Of a stretch of DNA of 39,863 nt, positions 8,471 through 16,303 are shown one piece after another. Source of the stretch: a virus (Duplodnaviria; Caudoviricetes). The translations under genes and the position numbers were made by a program. The stretch is taken from IMG/VR virus record IMGVR_UViG_3300033076_001356, positions 1-39,863 of that record; one strand, written 5' to 3'. Position 1 is the stretch's first letter. Every line of letters begins with the position of its first letter. The notes beneath the pieces were generated by a model, which had not been told where the DNA came from, did no database searches, and worked only from the letters and a program-made list of their open reading frames with translations.

Positions 8471-9096
8471 CAGACAACGACAAAACACACGAAGCTGATT
8501 GCGCTATATCCGTTAATTCAAGACATGGGTGTAGTTGTGACAACGACAAGGCTAGCGAATCCAAGGTGCGGATTGGATTTAACGAATGGTTTTGTTCTCT
8601 GCCCGAAGGCAGACAAGCCATATTGCGCGAAGATAAATGGATGTTAGCTAGCACCTCTTATGACGCGGGTATCGAATCCCAGCAAGCAGAGATTGATAGG
8701 CTGAAAGAGGAAAACAAAATGCTAGATGAGTTGAATGATCAGTATGCAGTCGTTGTTTGTGGTAACGATGAAGAGAAGTTAAGGGCATTGCAAATACGCG
8801 ATGAAAAAATAACGCAACTCGAACACCAGCTCGCAGAGGCGAGGAAGGAACAATGGATTAGTGTTGATAGCAGTCTTCCAGCCGAGGGTCGCAGGGTTTT
8901 ATGTTACGAAGACAACAGAGAAGGCGGGTCAATCTTTGTTGCTTGGAGGCATAAATTTAACGCGAACAAAAAGCAGGAATTTATCGCTTGGATGACTCCA
9001 ATGCGCGAAGAGTTTTGGCCTAATCCAACGCACTGGATGCCTTTCCCATCAGTATCTGATTTGCTTAACAGCGCACAGCGCGGAGGTAATGGGTGA
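8467..9096 (+). CDS. DUF551-domain protein (coiled coil plus C-terminal DUF551)
   Basis: WISVDSSLP...VL...PTHWMPFP. Confidence 0.8.
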   Translation: MTDNDKTHEADCAISVNSRHGCSCDNDKASESKVRIGFNEWFCSLPEGRQAILREDKWMLASTSYDAGIESQQAEIDRLKEENKMLDELNDQYAVVVCGNDEEKLRALQIRDEKITQLEHQLAEARKEQWISVDSSLPAEGRRVLCYEDNREGGSIFVAWRHKFNANKKQEFIAWMTPMREEFWPNPTHWMPFPSVSDLLNSAQRGGNG

Positions 9097-9389
9097 TAGA
9101 ACAAGACTTGGTTAATAAAGCGGCAAAGATTTATGAGATGCACGAACTTGGTGTCGTATTGAATCGTTGCATAATTCAGGGCATAGATGAAGCAGACCCA
9201 AAAACCGGTAAAGTAAATCGTGAAGCTATGCAGGATGAGATAGCTGATGTTATTGCACAGTGCGAAATTAACATCGATTATTTCAAGCTTGACGCGGCGA
9301 AAATAATTGAGCGTATCGAGATGAAAAAATCCCTTATGGTTGAGTGGGAAGCTATGTTCGATGAGCGTACAGCGCGGGTGAGTGAATGA
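9093..9389 (+). CDS. MazG-like NTP pyrophosphohydrolase fold protein
   Basis: EMHELGVV...GIDEADPKTGKVNRE..QDEIADVIA. The first ExxE motif is degenerate. Confidence 0.6.
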   Translation: MIEQDLVNKAAKIYEMHELGVVLNRCIIQGIDEADPKTGKVNREAMQDEIADVIAQCEINIDYFKLDAAKIIERIEMKKSLMVEWEAMFDERTARVSE

Positions 9390-9583
9390 ACAACATAGAC
9401 ATCTACACAGCCGGTACAGATAAGCTGCTAAAGCCAAGGATTAAGCCTTGCAGGTGCGATAGGTACTTATTCCCGCATCGCCGTGAAGGCAAGTGCGAAG
9501 AGCTGGAAGAAGAGGGGTTTGACGACAAATTCATGCGTGAGTGTGATGCGTTTAATGCCGAGGTTCGTAAGGTTTTTAGTTGA
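9386..9583 (+). CDS. Hypothetical protein (CxC...FPHR...C)
   Basis: ORF track, ATGA overlap. Confidence 0.65.
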   Translation: MNNIDIYTAGTDKLLKPRIKPCRCDRYLFPHRREGKCEELEEEGFDDKFMRECDAFNAEVRKVFS

Positions 9584-9590
9584 GGTAGTT

Positions 9591-9677
9591 ATGCGTAGAA
9601 GTGAAGCAGTTACGCTTAGTGTATTGGCGGCCATTACGGTGGCTTTAGTGATAACGAGTTATGTGGTGATGGTATGA
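9591..9677 (+). CDS. Small membrane protein (28 aa)
   Basis: MRRSEAVTLSVLAAITVALVITSYVVMV*, GAGGT RBS. Confidence 0.55.
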   Translation: MRRSEAVTLSVLAAITVALVITSYVVMV

Positions 9678-9874
9678 AAAAAGCGGACGATGTTGATGGC
9701 GTTGTTATGTTGCCATTTCCAAAAGAATGCGTGATTAAAAACATCTACCGCGGGGAAGCAGGCGGGTCTTGCTATGTTTATGCTAGCTTGTACTCTCCAG
9801 AAGGCGAGTTGTTAATATCAGCAACATTGGATTACATAAACGAAAGAATATTAAATGCAGGCACAGCAACATAA
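9674..9874 (+). CDS. Hypothetical protein, probable cargo of eroded cassette 3
   Basis: The N-terminus DDVDGVVM is encoded by an attC half-site. It ends in ACATAAC, complementary to GTTATGT at 9704. Confidence 0.7.
   Translation: MKKADDVDGVVMLPFPKECVIKNIYRGEAGGSCYVYASLYSPEGELLISATLDYINERILNAGTAT
9691..9710 (-). mobile_element. Degenerate attC half-site (R''-L'')
   Basis: - strand ACATAAC AACGC CATCAACA has the same AACGC spacer and extra-C L'' pattern as sites #1 and #2. No L'/R' found. Confidence 0.5.
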
Positions 9875-9916
9875 CCCCGCTCTAACCGGCTAGTCCGGTT
9901 GAGCGCGTTGTTATAC
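9869..9916 (-). mobile_element. Integron attC-like recombination site #2 (48 bp)
   Basis: - strand: GTATAAC AACGC GCTCAACC GG A CTAG CC GGTTAGA GCGGG GTTATGT. 33 bp are identical to site #1 (7736-7768 = 9882-9914). Confidence 0.75.
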
Positions 9917-9939
9917 GGCATTTTACCTACGGAGGATTT

Positions 9940-10122
9940 ATGAACGACGATAGAGAGATAAGGCTGTTTGATAGCCAGTGGATGAATATAGTTAACCATG
10001 ACCATTGCTGGGAGAGATATACAAAGGAAGAGGCTGTAAATGCTGCCGTAAAAATGGCAGAGGAAAAGATGGCAGAAAACATGGCGCTAGGTAAATGGCC
10101 ATCGCGCCGCGATGCCGTATAA
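9940..10122 (+). CDS. Hypothetical protein, cargo of cassette 2
   Basis: GGAGG RBS. It ends in GTATAAC, the exact complement of GTTATAC at 9910. Confidence 0.75.
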   Translation: MNDDREIRLFDSQWMNIVNHDHCWERYTKEEAVNAAVKMAEEKMAENMALGKWPSRRDAV

Positions 10123-10155
10123 CTAAAGACTAAGCGAATCTTGCAAGGTAAATAT

Positions 10156-10347
10156 ATGAGACAAAATACAGTGGATAGAAACGAAGCTCAGCTTAGGCGA
10201 GAAGGCATGATGTGCCACAAGCACATGAAGGTTATTAGGGGTTTTGAGCGTAGTTTTTATGGTGAAGGTGGTGGAGCAATACCAAAATGTCAGGATTGCA
10301 TCCAAGAAGACTGCGATAAAATTAACCGGAGGAGAAAAACTTTATGA
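10156..10347 (+). CDS. Small Cys-containing hypothetical protein
   Basis: MRQNTVD...CHKH...CQDC. Start probably ATG 10156. Confidence 0.55.
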   Translation: MRQNTVDRNEAQLRREGMMCHKHMKVIRGFERSFYGEGGGAIPKCQDCIQEDCDKINRRRKTL

Positions 10348-10703
10348 ACAACTTTAAGAAATATGCAAGTAGCTGCGCGTTCAGAGTCGAACTTACGCAG
10401 CCGCAAATAGCAAAGATGTTCGAAATTGGAAAGATAGAAGAAACTGGCGACTGGAAGTTAGCCTACGAAATCCGAAATCCGCTTTTAAAGGTGTATGGCG
10501 GCGTAGATAATTTTTTAGCAACTGAAAACGCATTAATAAGAAAGGGTTTGATATTTAATAACAGGCCAAATGGCGATGGTGCGTGTGTAAGGTTTACTGA
10601 GCCAGGCAGCGCCATGTACAAACTCTTATTAGTTTCTGGGTTTTTTGAGGAGTTTGAAAAATGTTACTTAGATTATAAGCAAGTCAAAGAGGTGGCGGCA
10701 TGA
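10344..10703 (+). CDS. Hypothetical protein (possible winged helix)
   Basis: ALIRKGLI...FTEPG pattern, GGAGGAG RBS. Confidence 0.6.
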   Translation: MNNFKKYASSCAFRVELTQPQIAKMFEIGKIEETGDWKLAYEIRNPLLKVYGGVDNFLATENALIRKGLIFNNRPNGDGACVRFTEPGSAMYKLLLVSGFFEEFEKCYLDYKQVKEVAA

Positions 10704-11026
10704 CACATATAACACTCGGTCTTTTAGCTGCGTTTATCTCGATTGCTTTCTTTAGGGAAAGCCTAGTAAGGAATGATGAGTTTATGCAATTCGCGGCATC
10801 TGTTGTAATCGGGCTTCTTGTATCATCTGCCAGCTTTGTATGCGTTGAATCGTATAGAATTGCCACAGGATACCGCGACCCTCATGTGGTGGCGCTTGAA
10901 AACACAAGGGTAGAGTGGTATTCACTCGGAAGGAACGATGCTATAGAAGCGCATGAGCGCTGGATAAAAGACGGAATGCCGCTAAGGTTAAATGGTATTG
11001 GGTATAGGTGCGAGAGGATTAAGTAA
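10700..11026 (+). CDS. Membrane protein (two N-terminal TM helices)
   Basis: Hydrophobic segments, ATGA overlap. Confidence 0.6.
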   Translation: MTHITLGLLAAFISIAFFRESLVRNDEFMQFAASVVIGLLVSSASFVCVESYRIATGYRDPHVVALENTRVEWYSLGRNDAIEAHERWIKDGMPLRLNGIGYRCERIK

Positions 11027-11027
11027 T

Positions 11028-11678
11028 ATGTCCTACACAAAACCTATAAGCCACAGCAGCCGAAAACTTTTTGCAAAATGCCCCAAGCAATGGCACGACA
11101 AATATGTACTGGGCAATAAAACCGAAACAGGGGCGGCCGCTGCGCGCGGAACAAATATCCACGAGGAAATAGAGCGCTTCTATCGCCACAGCATTCCTCT
11201 CAGTAATCCCGTTCTTATGCCCTGGCGCAGAGTGCTTGAAGCATTGACACTAAAATCCCCTGTGCCTGAAGCAGAACTTGCACGAACGTCTGAGTGGCAA
11301 ATGACAAAGTTCGATGCGCCGGAAGCATTTTACCGAGGCAAACTGGATCTGCGGTATGACGACAGCGCAGTGCATGTAATAGCCGACTGGAAAACGGGAC
11401 GTAAATACCCCGAGCATGAAGAACAGGGGCTGGATTATGTGGCGCTGTCCGATGAGCGTGATGCGTATAGGACTGAGTTTTATTATATCGATCAGCCATT
11501 GTGTGTAGTGACGTTCAACTATACCAAGGATCAGCGCGCACGACAGATCGACAAGATACAGCACGAAGTAAATAAAATACGGGCAGAAGAGAACTTCGAC
11601 CCAACTCCTGGAAATTTTGCATGCAGGTACTGCCCGTTGAGTTGGCGTAATGGCGGGAAATGTGAGGCTGCGCCGTGA
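11028..11678 (+). CDS. PD-(D/E)XK exonuclease, Cas4/RecB-like with probable Fe-S cysteines
   Basis: SHSS..LFAKCP, RGTNIHEEIE, RGKLD, ADWKTGR, CRYCP...C. Confidence 0.9.
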   Translation: MSYTKPISHSSRKLFAKCPKQWHDKYVLGNKTETGAAAARGTNIHEEIERFYRHSIPLSNPVLMPWRRVLEALTLKSPVPEAELARTSEWQMTKFDAPEAFYRGKLDLRYDDSAVHVIADWKTGRKYPEHEEQGLDYVALSDERDAYRTEFYYIDQPLCVVTFNYTKDQRARQIDKIQHEVNKIRAEENFDPTPGNFACRYCPLSWRNGGKCEAAP

Positions 11679-11878
11679 TTGTAGAACTGAAGGTAGTCGT
11701 CGAGGATATTTACACCGTCTGCGGGGTACCTGTGACAGGCTTTTATCGGGTAGCTCCATGTGTGTACATACCAAAAGATTGGGTGCATGTAATCTTCACC
11801 CACAATGGAAAAATCGATGCGTTGGGGGTGGACACTAAATACTTACCCTATTGCCAATTCAGTGAGGCTGCACCGTGA
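11675..11878 (+). CDS. Hypothetical protein
   Basis: GTGA overlaps at both ends. Confidence 0.55.
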   Translation: MIVELKVVVEDIYTVCGVPVTGFYRVAPCVYIPKDWVHVIFTHNGKIDALGVDTKYLPYCQFSEAAP

Positions 11879-12081
11879 AGGATTTAATCGCACTGGCCAA
11901 AAAATTAAACGCGCCCGATTATGTCAAACGCAAACGCGCTCCCGTAGGCCCTAAAATTATAGGAGGGCCTTGTAGCAAATGCGGTGGGACACTTAGGTAC
12001 GAAAGTAACCACAACTGTGTGGAGTGCCTGAAAAAATATGCGCAGCGTGAACGTGGGGGTTCGTATGAAGGGTCGGCTTGA
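11875..12081 (+). CDS. Small zinc-finger protein
   Basis: GPCSKCGGTLRYESNHNCVEC. Confidence 0.7.
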   Translation: MKDLIALAKKLNAPDYVKRKRAPVGPKIIGGPCSKCGGTLRYESNHNCVECLKKYAQRERGGSYEGSA

Positions 12082-12397
12082 GCGGCACATAGAAAACATG
12101 ACCGGGAAGCGACTGCTGGTGTGGGCTACGCGGGAAGGCGTTCCGCTCGAATACCTTAAGTGCGAAGTTCCGGGCATAAAGGGGTTCCCCGACAGAATTA
12201 TTTTATGGGAAGGAGGGCATACCCTTTTCGTAGAGTTTAAGCGCCCAACTCTTCGCCCCACAAAACTCCAAAATTTTAGACACGAAAAACTGAGATCATT
12301 AGGGTTTGAGGTTCACGTATATGACAACATCGACAACGCCGTGGCAGGTATTACGCAAAAAATTCGAGCCACGGCCCGAGCAGATCAGGGGCATTAA
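12065..12397 (+). CDS. VRR-NUC domain nuclease
   Basis: LERHIE...PGIKGFPDRII...FVEFKRP...Q...LRSLGFEVHV. Confidence 0.9.
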   Translation: MKGRLERHIENMTGKRLLVWATREGVPLEYLKCEVPGIKGFPDRIILWEGGHTLFVEFKRPTLRPTKLQNFRHEKLRSLGFEVHVYDNIDNAVAGITQKIRATARADQGH

Positions 12398-13742
12398 ATT
12401 AATTCTACAAGGGAAGGGTACTCGCTTGTTTTTGCACCCGGGAAGGGGGAAGACTTCTACGGTACTAAAATCCTTCCAGATACTGAAGCAGTGTGGATAT
12501 GTAGATTCCCTTCTGGTACTCGCCCCTTTAAGGGTAGTGACGACGAGTTGGCCGAGTGAATTACAGAAGTGGTCTGATTTCGAGTCACTGACTTACACAA
12601 CCATACACAAAAAACGAAAGTCTGCCATGCAGGAGAATGTCGACATCTACTTAATGAATTTTGAAGGCCTCCTGACCCCTGAATGGTGGGACAAAAAGAA
12701 GAATACGCTGAGCCCATTTGCTGTCCAGTTCCTGAAACGCAAACGTTTCATGTTAGTAGTTGACGAAGCCACCAAAATGAAGAACAGTCAAAGCGCAAGG
12801 TTCAAAGCGCTCAAAAAATACCTGTCATGGCTCCTGTACCCAACTATTCTAACCGGCACCCCCAAGCCAAAATCACTGGAGGATTTGTTCGCCCAATGCT
12901 ACATCACAGACCAAGGCCGGGATCTGGGAGCTTTTATCACCCATTTCCGTCGGGAGTACATGGTGCCGAATGAGAATGGATATGGCTTCTCCCCGCAGAA
13001 CGGTGCATTTGAGCGAGTATCCGCGAAAATTGCCCCGACCACTTTGCAGTTGGATTACGAAGAGGCCGTACCGAGTCAGGTGGTGGATATCATTGTACCC
13101 ATGCCAGATGACGTGAAGCCCTTTTACAAGGAGCTTAAGGATGAGTTCATTGCATCTATCCAGGGGCAGACAGTGATCGCCCCCAACAGCGGGGTTCTGC
13201 TGAACAAACTACGGCAAGTAGCGCAAGGCGCAATATACAACGCAGAAGGGGAAACGCTCGAACTACATGGCGCCAAGCTCGATGCACTTGAAAATCTGGT
13301 GGAAGAGCTGGACGGCGAACCGCTGTTCTGCCTGATCCAGTATAAGCACGACACCGCTCGGATATCCGAGCGCTTGGGGTATGATGTGCCGGTAATAGCA
13401 GCCGGGACCAGCGCTGCACAGGGAGCGGCCTACGTCCAGCGCTTTTCCGCAGGGGAAATTCCACTCCTTCTCGGGCACCCCCAATCCGTAGCGCATGGGG
13501 TGGATGGGCTGCAAAATAACTGCAAAAATGTGGTATGGTTTGGGCTCGACTGGAGCTGGGAGAACTACTATCAGGCCAATTTGCGCATAGTACGCCACGG
13601 TAGTAAGGCCGATATGGTGTCCATTTACCGAATAATGGTAGATTGCCCCACGGAACGCGCAGTACTCGCCTCCGTGGAGGGGAAGAGAACCGCCGAAGCC
13701 GATTTTTTAACTGAATTGAAAAAACACTTGCAAGTCGAATAA
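12321..13742 (+). CDS. SNF2-family (SF2) helicase
   Basis: PGRGKT, LVLAPLRV, VVDEATKMKN, LTGTP, AHGVDGLQ, QANLRIVRHG. Confidence 0.92.
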   Translation: MTTSTTPWQVLRKKFEPRPEQIRGIKLILQGKGTRLFLHPGRGKTSTVLKSFQILKQCGYVDSLLVLAPLRVVTTSWPSELQKWSDFESLTYTTIHKKRKSAMQENVDIYLMNFEGLLTPEWWDKKKNTLSPFAVQFLKRKRFMLVVDEATKMKNSQSARFKALKKYLSWLLYPTILTGTPKPKSLEDLFAQCYITDQGRDLGAFITHFRREYMVPNENGYGFSPQNGAFERVSAKIAPTTLQLDYEEAVPSQVVDIIVPMPDDVKPFYKELKDEFIASIQGQTVIAPNSGVLLNKLRQVAQGAIYNAEGETLELHGAKLDALENLVEELDGEPLFCLIQYKHDTARISERLGYDVPVIAAGTSAAQGAAYVQRFSAGEIPLLLGHPQSVAHGVDGLQNNCKNVVWFGLDWSWENYYQANLRIVRHGSKADMVSIYRIMVDCPTERAVLASVEGKRTAEADFLTELKKHLQVE

Positions 13743-13774
13743 CTTAGTACTACTATGAGGCTGTAGTACCACTA
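13728..13774 (+). promoter_or_regulatory. Sigma70-like promoter with two operator-like sites
   Basis: TTGCAA-17 bp-TACTAT. CTTAGTACTACTA at 13743-13755 and GTAGTACCACTA at 13763-13774. Confidence 0.65.
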
Positions 13775-13786
13775 AATAGGAAGCAC

Positions 13787-13987
13787 ATGCGGTTTTGTAC
13801 ACATAAATGCGGGTTTCAGTTTCACAACCTTGTGGCAGCTTCGGGCTGCCCCCAATGCGGCGCCCCGTTGTCTGCTCACCCTATTAAGCTGGCGGTCAAA
13901 GTTGTAGAAAAGCCCACACAGGAAGTACGCGAGCGAGCTGCGCACGTACCAACTATCACATATAAACGAAGAGGTAACACCCTATGA
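13787..13987 (+). CDS. Small zinc-ribbon protein
   Basis: CTHKCG...CPQCG, AGGAAG RBS. Confidence 0.65.
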   Translation: MRFCTHKCGFQFHNLVAASGCPQCGAPLSAHPIKLAVKVVEKPTQEVRERAAHVPTITYKRRGNTL

Positions 13988-14319
13988 AATCCAGTAAATT
14001 TATCTTTTTTGCTGCGCTGTACATTGGAATTCTAACATCCACGCTGACCATGATACCTACGGTACTAGAACTTCAGCGAGCCGTGATCGAGTGGACATTA
14101 TATGTACCACTGTTGTGCCAGCTAGCCTGCCTGGCCTGCGGCTACTGGCGCGGAGTGCGTATCTACGCTCTTGCATGCGCCTTTGCGATTTGTGTTGCGC
14201 ACCAGGGCATGCTCATGGACAACGCACTACTTGAGTCAGTTATCTACATGGGTTGGGCAAGTATTGCGCACTTAGTGCATCGCGCTACTGTGGCACAGCG
14301 GGAGGAGCACCTGCTTTGA
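13984..14319 (+). CDS. Multi-pass membrane protein
   Basis: About four hydrophobic segments, GAGGT RBS. Confidence 0.65.
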   Translation: MKSSKFIFFAALYIGILTSTLTMIPTVLELQRAVIEWTLYVPLLCQLACLACGYWRGVRIYALACAFAICVAHQGMLMDNALLESVIYMGWASIAHLVHRATVAQREEHLL

Positions 14320-14515
14320 TCCAGTCTTCATACGCCAGTTCCCCACCGTCTGAGCGGTACTTACGGTACGCTAATTGGTACTGGAAAGTACCCGCACCCT
14401 GGGGAACTGAGGAGGGGCTTTCCTGGCGCTCTTCTGCCAGATTATGCGAGGTTTCAGTTTCATCCCCTGCTCCGCCATATTTGCGGAGCAGCTCCGCCAT
14501 CATACTATTTGCCAT
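14285..14515 (-). CDS. Small hypothetical protein, last gene of the late operon
   Basis: AGGTGGA RBS, converges with the + strand genes. Confidence 0.6.
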   Translation of the reverse strand: MANSMMAELLRKYGGAGDETETSHNLAEERQESPSSVPQGAGTFQYQLAYRKYRSDGGELAYEDWIKAGAPPAVPQ

Positions 14516-14561
14516 AAGTCCACCTATTGTGTAAATTTGTCAATTGTAGTCCTACGCTACG

Positions 14562-15116
14562 CTACATGCAATATTGCGGTCGCTTTGTTAATATGGCCAC
14601 AAGATCTACGCAGGCATTAATGTTATAGCGCATAAAAAACCCCTTGGTTTCCTCGTTTCTATGCGCTACGTTCGGGTCATTCGGGTCTAAAGTTCCAATC
14701 AGTGTATAGTCGAAGTCACAAGTATAGCCTGTGTGAGGCGCGTTTACATCCCGCCATGATTTTTGCAAGTAAAAGTAAAGCCAAGATGTAATGGGCGGCC
14801 ACTGATGAGTTGGATCTCCATAAGCCCTCTCGTTTGACCAGTGCGGGGTAGTTAACCGTGCCGTAGTTTTTGGCTTCATGACGCGATATAGCTCGTTAAA
14901 AAATGATATGCGTTCTGAATTGGTGAGATGCTCAAGGAAGTGGCTAGAGTGTACCTCGTCTACCGAGTTATCCTCAAACGGCCACGGGGTAATACGTACA
15001 TCGTGGACAATATCAACGCCATCGAACCCGATAGCGTCAATGCCAGTGAATCCAGCGAGTTTGTTCTTGCCGCAGCCGATGTCGAGTTTGATTGGTTTGA
15101 TTTCTTTGTCTGTCAT
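14562..15116 (-). CDS. Class I SAM-dependent methyltransferase (Methyltransf_11-like)
   Basis: LDIGCG...GID...HDV...WPFEDNSVDEVHSSHFLEHL...ELYRVMKP...DPTH. Confidence 0.88.
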   Translation of the reverse strand: MTDKEIKPIKLDIGCGKNKLAGFTGIDAIGFDGVDIVHDVRITPWPFEDNSVDEVHSSHFLEHLTNSERISFFNELYRVMKPKTTARLTTPHWSNERAYGDPTHQWPPITSWLYFYLQKSWRDVNAPHTGYTCDFDYTLIGTLDPNDPNVAHRNEETKGFFMRYNINACVDLVAILTKRPQYCM

Positions 15117-15376
15117 ACAAAGCGACTCCTATAAAGCCATAAAAATATATTTCCACTAGTTTCCATCTTTAACCCAAACAGCTTTGCATAGTAAGGGCGT
15201 AGGCTATTTAGCGCAGTAGTAGTTACAAAAATACCTTTTGCTTGCGCATCTGAAATCATATCCCTATGTTGATTTTCGCATTGCTCGCATCTTAGGTATT
15301 TATCTAAATTCACATTGTGTGCATCGCATTTTAAGAATTTTCTAAAAATTGGGGATTTTTCGTCTGTCATGCTCAA
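15113..15376 (-). CDS. Hypothetical protein (AT-rich, Cys motif)
   Basis: ORF track, ATGA overlap with the methyltransferase. Confidence 0.5.
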   Translation of the reverse strand: MSMTDEKSPIFRKFLKCDAHNVNLDKYLRCEQCENQHRDMISDAQAKGIFVTTTALNSLRPYYAKLFGLKMETSGNIFLWLYRSRFV

Positions 15377-15379
15377 CCC

Positions 15380-15559
15380 TCACTGTTGCATTAAAATTAT
15401 GTTTACGCTTGCTAGACTTATAATCAACGGAACTTGCATCTTGTACTCTACCGGGTACTCCAATCTCGAAGCCGAAAACTTTAGCTCTTTGGTGAGCCAT
15501 ATATTAAACCAGTGACCAAAAACGCAAACCTGAACGCCGCGCATGAACTTAATCATCAT
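15380..15559 (-). CDS. Hypothetical protein (59 aa)
   Basis: MMIKFMRGVQVCVFGHW...ILMQQ*, fills the gap between the glycosyltransferase and the next ORF. Confidence 0.45.
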   Translation of the reverse strand: MMIKFMRGVQVCVFGHWFNIWLTKELKFSASRLEYPVEYKMQVPLIISLASVNIILMQQ

Positions 15560-15562
15560 ATA

Positions 15563-16303
15563 TCACCATGTGAAGTCAGGAATGCCAAATTTACCGTCTA
15601 AATCGTAATGCCCTACATGAACACTACAATCAATCGCACAGCGATAGCCCAAAGGTCGCGCATTTTTCCAAAAATACAAATCTTGAGTCATAACCCCTTG
15701 TCCTTGTTCGCCAGTTAGTGTTTTAAACCATGGCTTAGGTAGCTTCTCATCCTTAAACATTGATATTTTCCACAGGTTAAACCCCATGCCGGTACCTGTG
15801 CATTCAACAATGCCGCCGTTTGGATCGGGTCTTTGTGGGCGGAAATTAAGGCACGGGTCTTTTGGGTCGCCCCATATCTGCGGCTGTCCACCCGGCCCCT
15901 TTGTAAAGTAAAGTCCGCCTATGCAGGAATACTGAGGATTATTCTCAATTGCAGAAAGCAGCTTAACCAGCCCATCTGGGGGCGGGCAATTATCATGCTC
16001 TACAGTGAGCAGGTATTTGTAATTTTGGAGTTCTGGATGAGCGAGAATGCCCTCAATACTCTGGGAAAAAGCCTCCCCGACTTCCATACCTAAAGCCCAC
16101 ATGCGTAAAAATTTTGCGTTAGGGGGTGAGTACATATTCATCCAGCTTGCTACTACTTTTGTTGGAATTTGACCAAAAGCAGGCACAAGCATAATTGTCG
16201 AAAGGTCTTTATAGGCCCCCTCTAAAGTGAGTCTTTGGTGGGACTTGGCCAGATCGGAGTTATGCACCCCGGAAAAATCAGGCATTACTATCTGTGGCTT
16301 CAA
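15563..16303 (-). CDS. Glycosyltransferase-like protein (GT-A fold)
   Basis: YLLTVEHDN (DxD-like), IGGLYF, GTGMGFNL, KPWFKT, QDLYFW, DCSVHVGH. TTG start. Confidence 0.75.
   Translation of the reverse strand: MKPQIVMPDFSGVHNSDLAKSHQRLTLEGAYKDLSTIMLVPAFGQIPTKVVASWMNMYSPPNAKFLRMWALGMEVGEAFSQSIEGILAHPELQNYKYLLTVEHDNCPPPDGLVKLLSAIENNPQYSCIGGLYFTKGPGGQPQIWGDPKDPCLNFRPQRPDPNGGIVECTGTGMGFNLWKISMFKDEKLPKPWFKTLTGEQGQGVMTQDLYFWKNARPLGYRCAIDCSVHVGHYDLDGKFGIPDFTW

Noticed and set aside
7736-9914. The 33 bp palindromic direct repeat as a CRISPR repeat or terminator
   Set aside because: Only two copies, 2.1 kb apart, with whole genes between them and no U-tract. The attC layout and R-box complementarity explain it better.
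11028-11678. Cas4-like gene as part of a CRISPR-Cas locus
   Set aside because: No array and no other cas genes. Solo Cas4-like exonucleases are common in phage replication modules.
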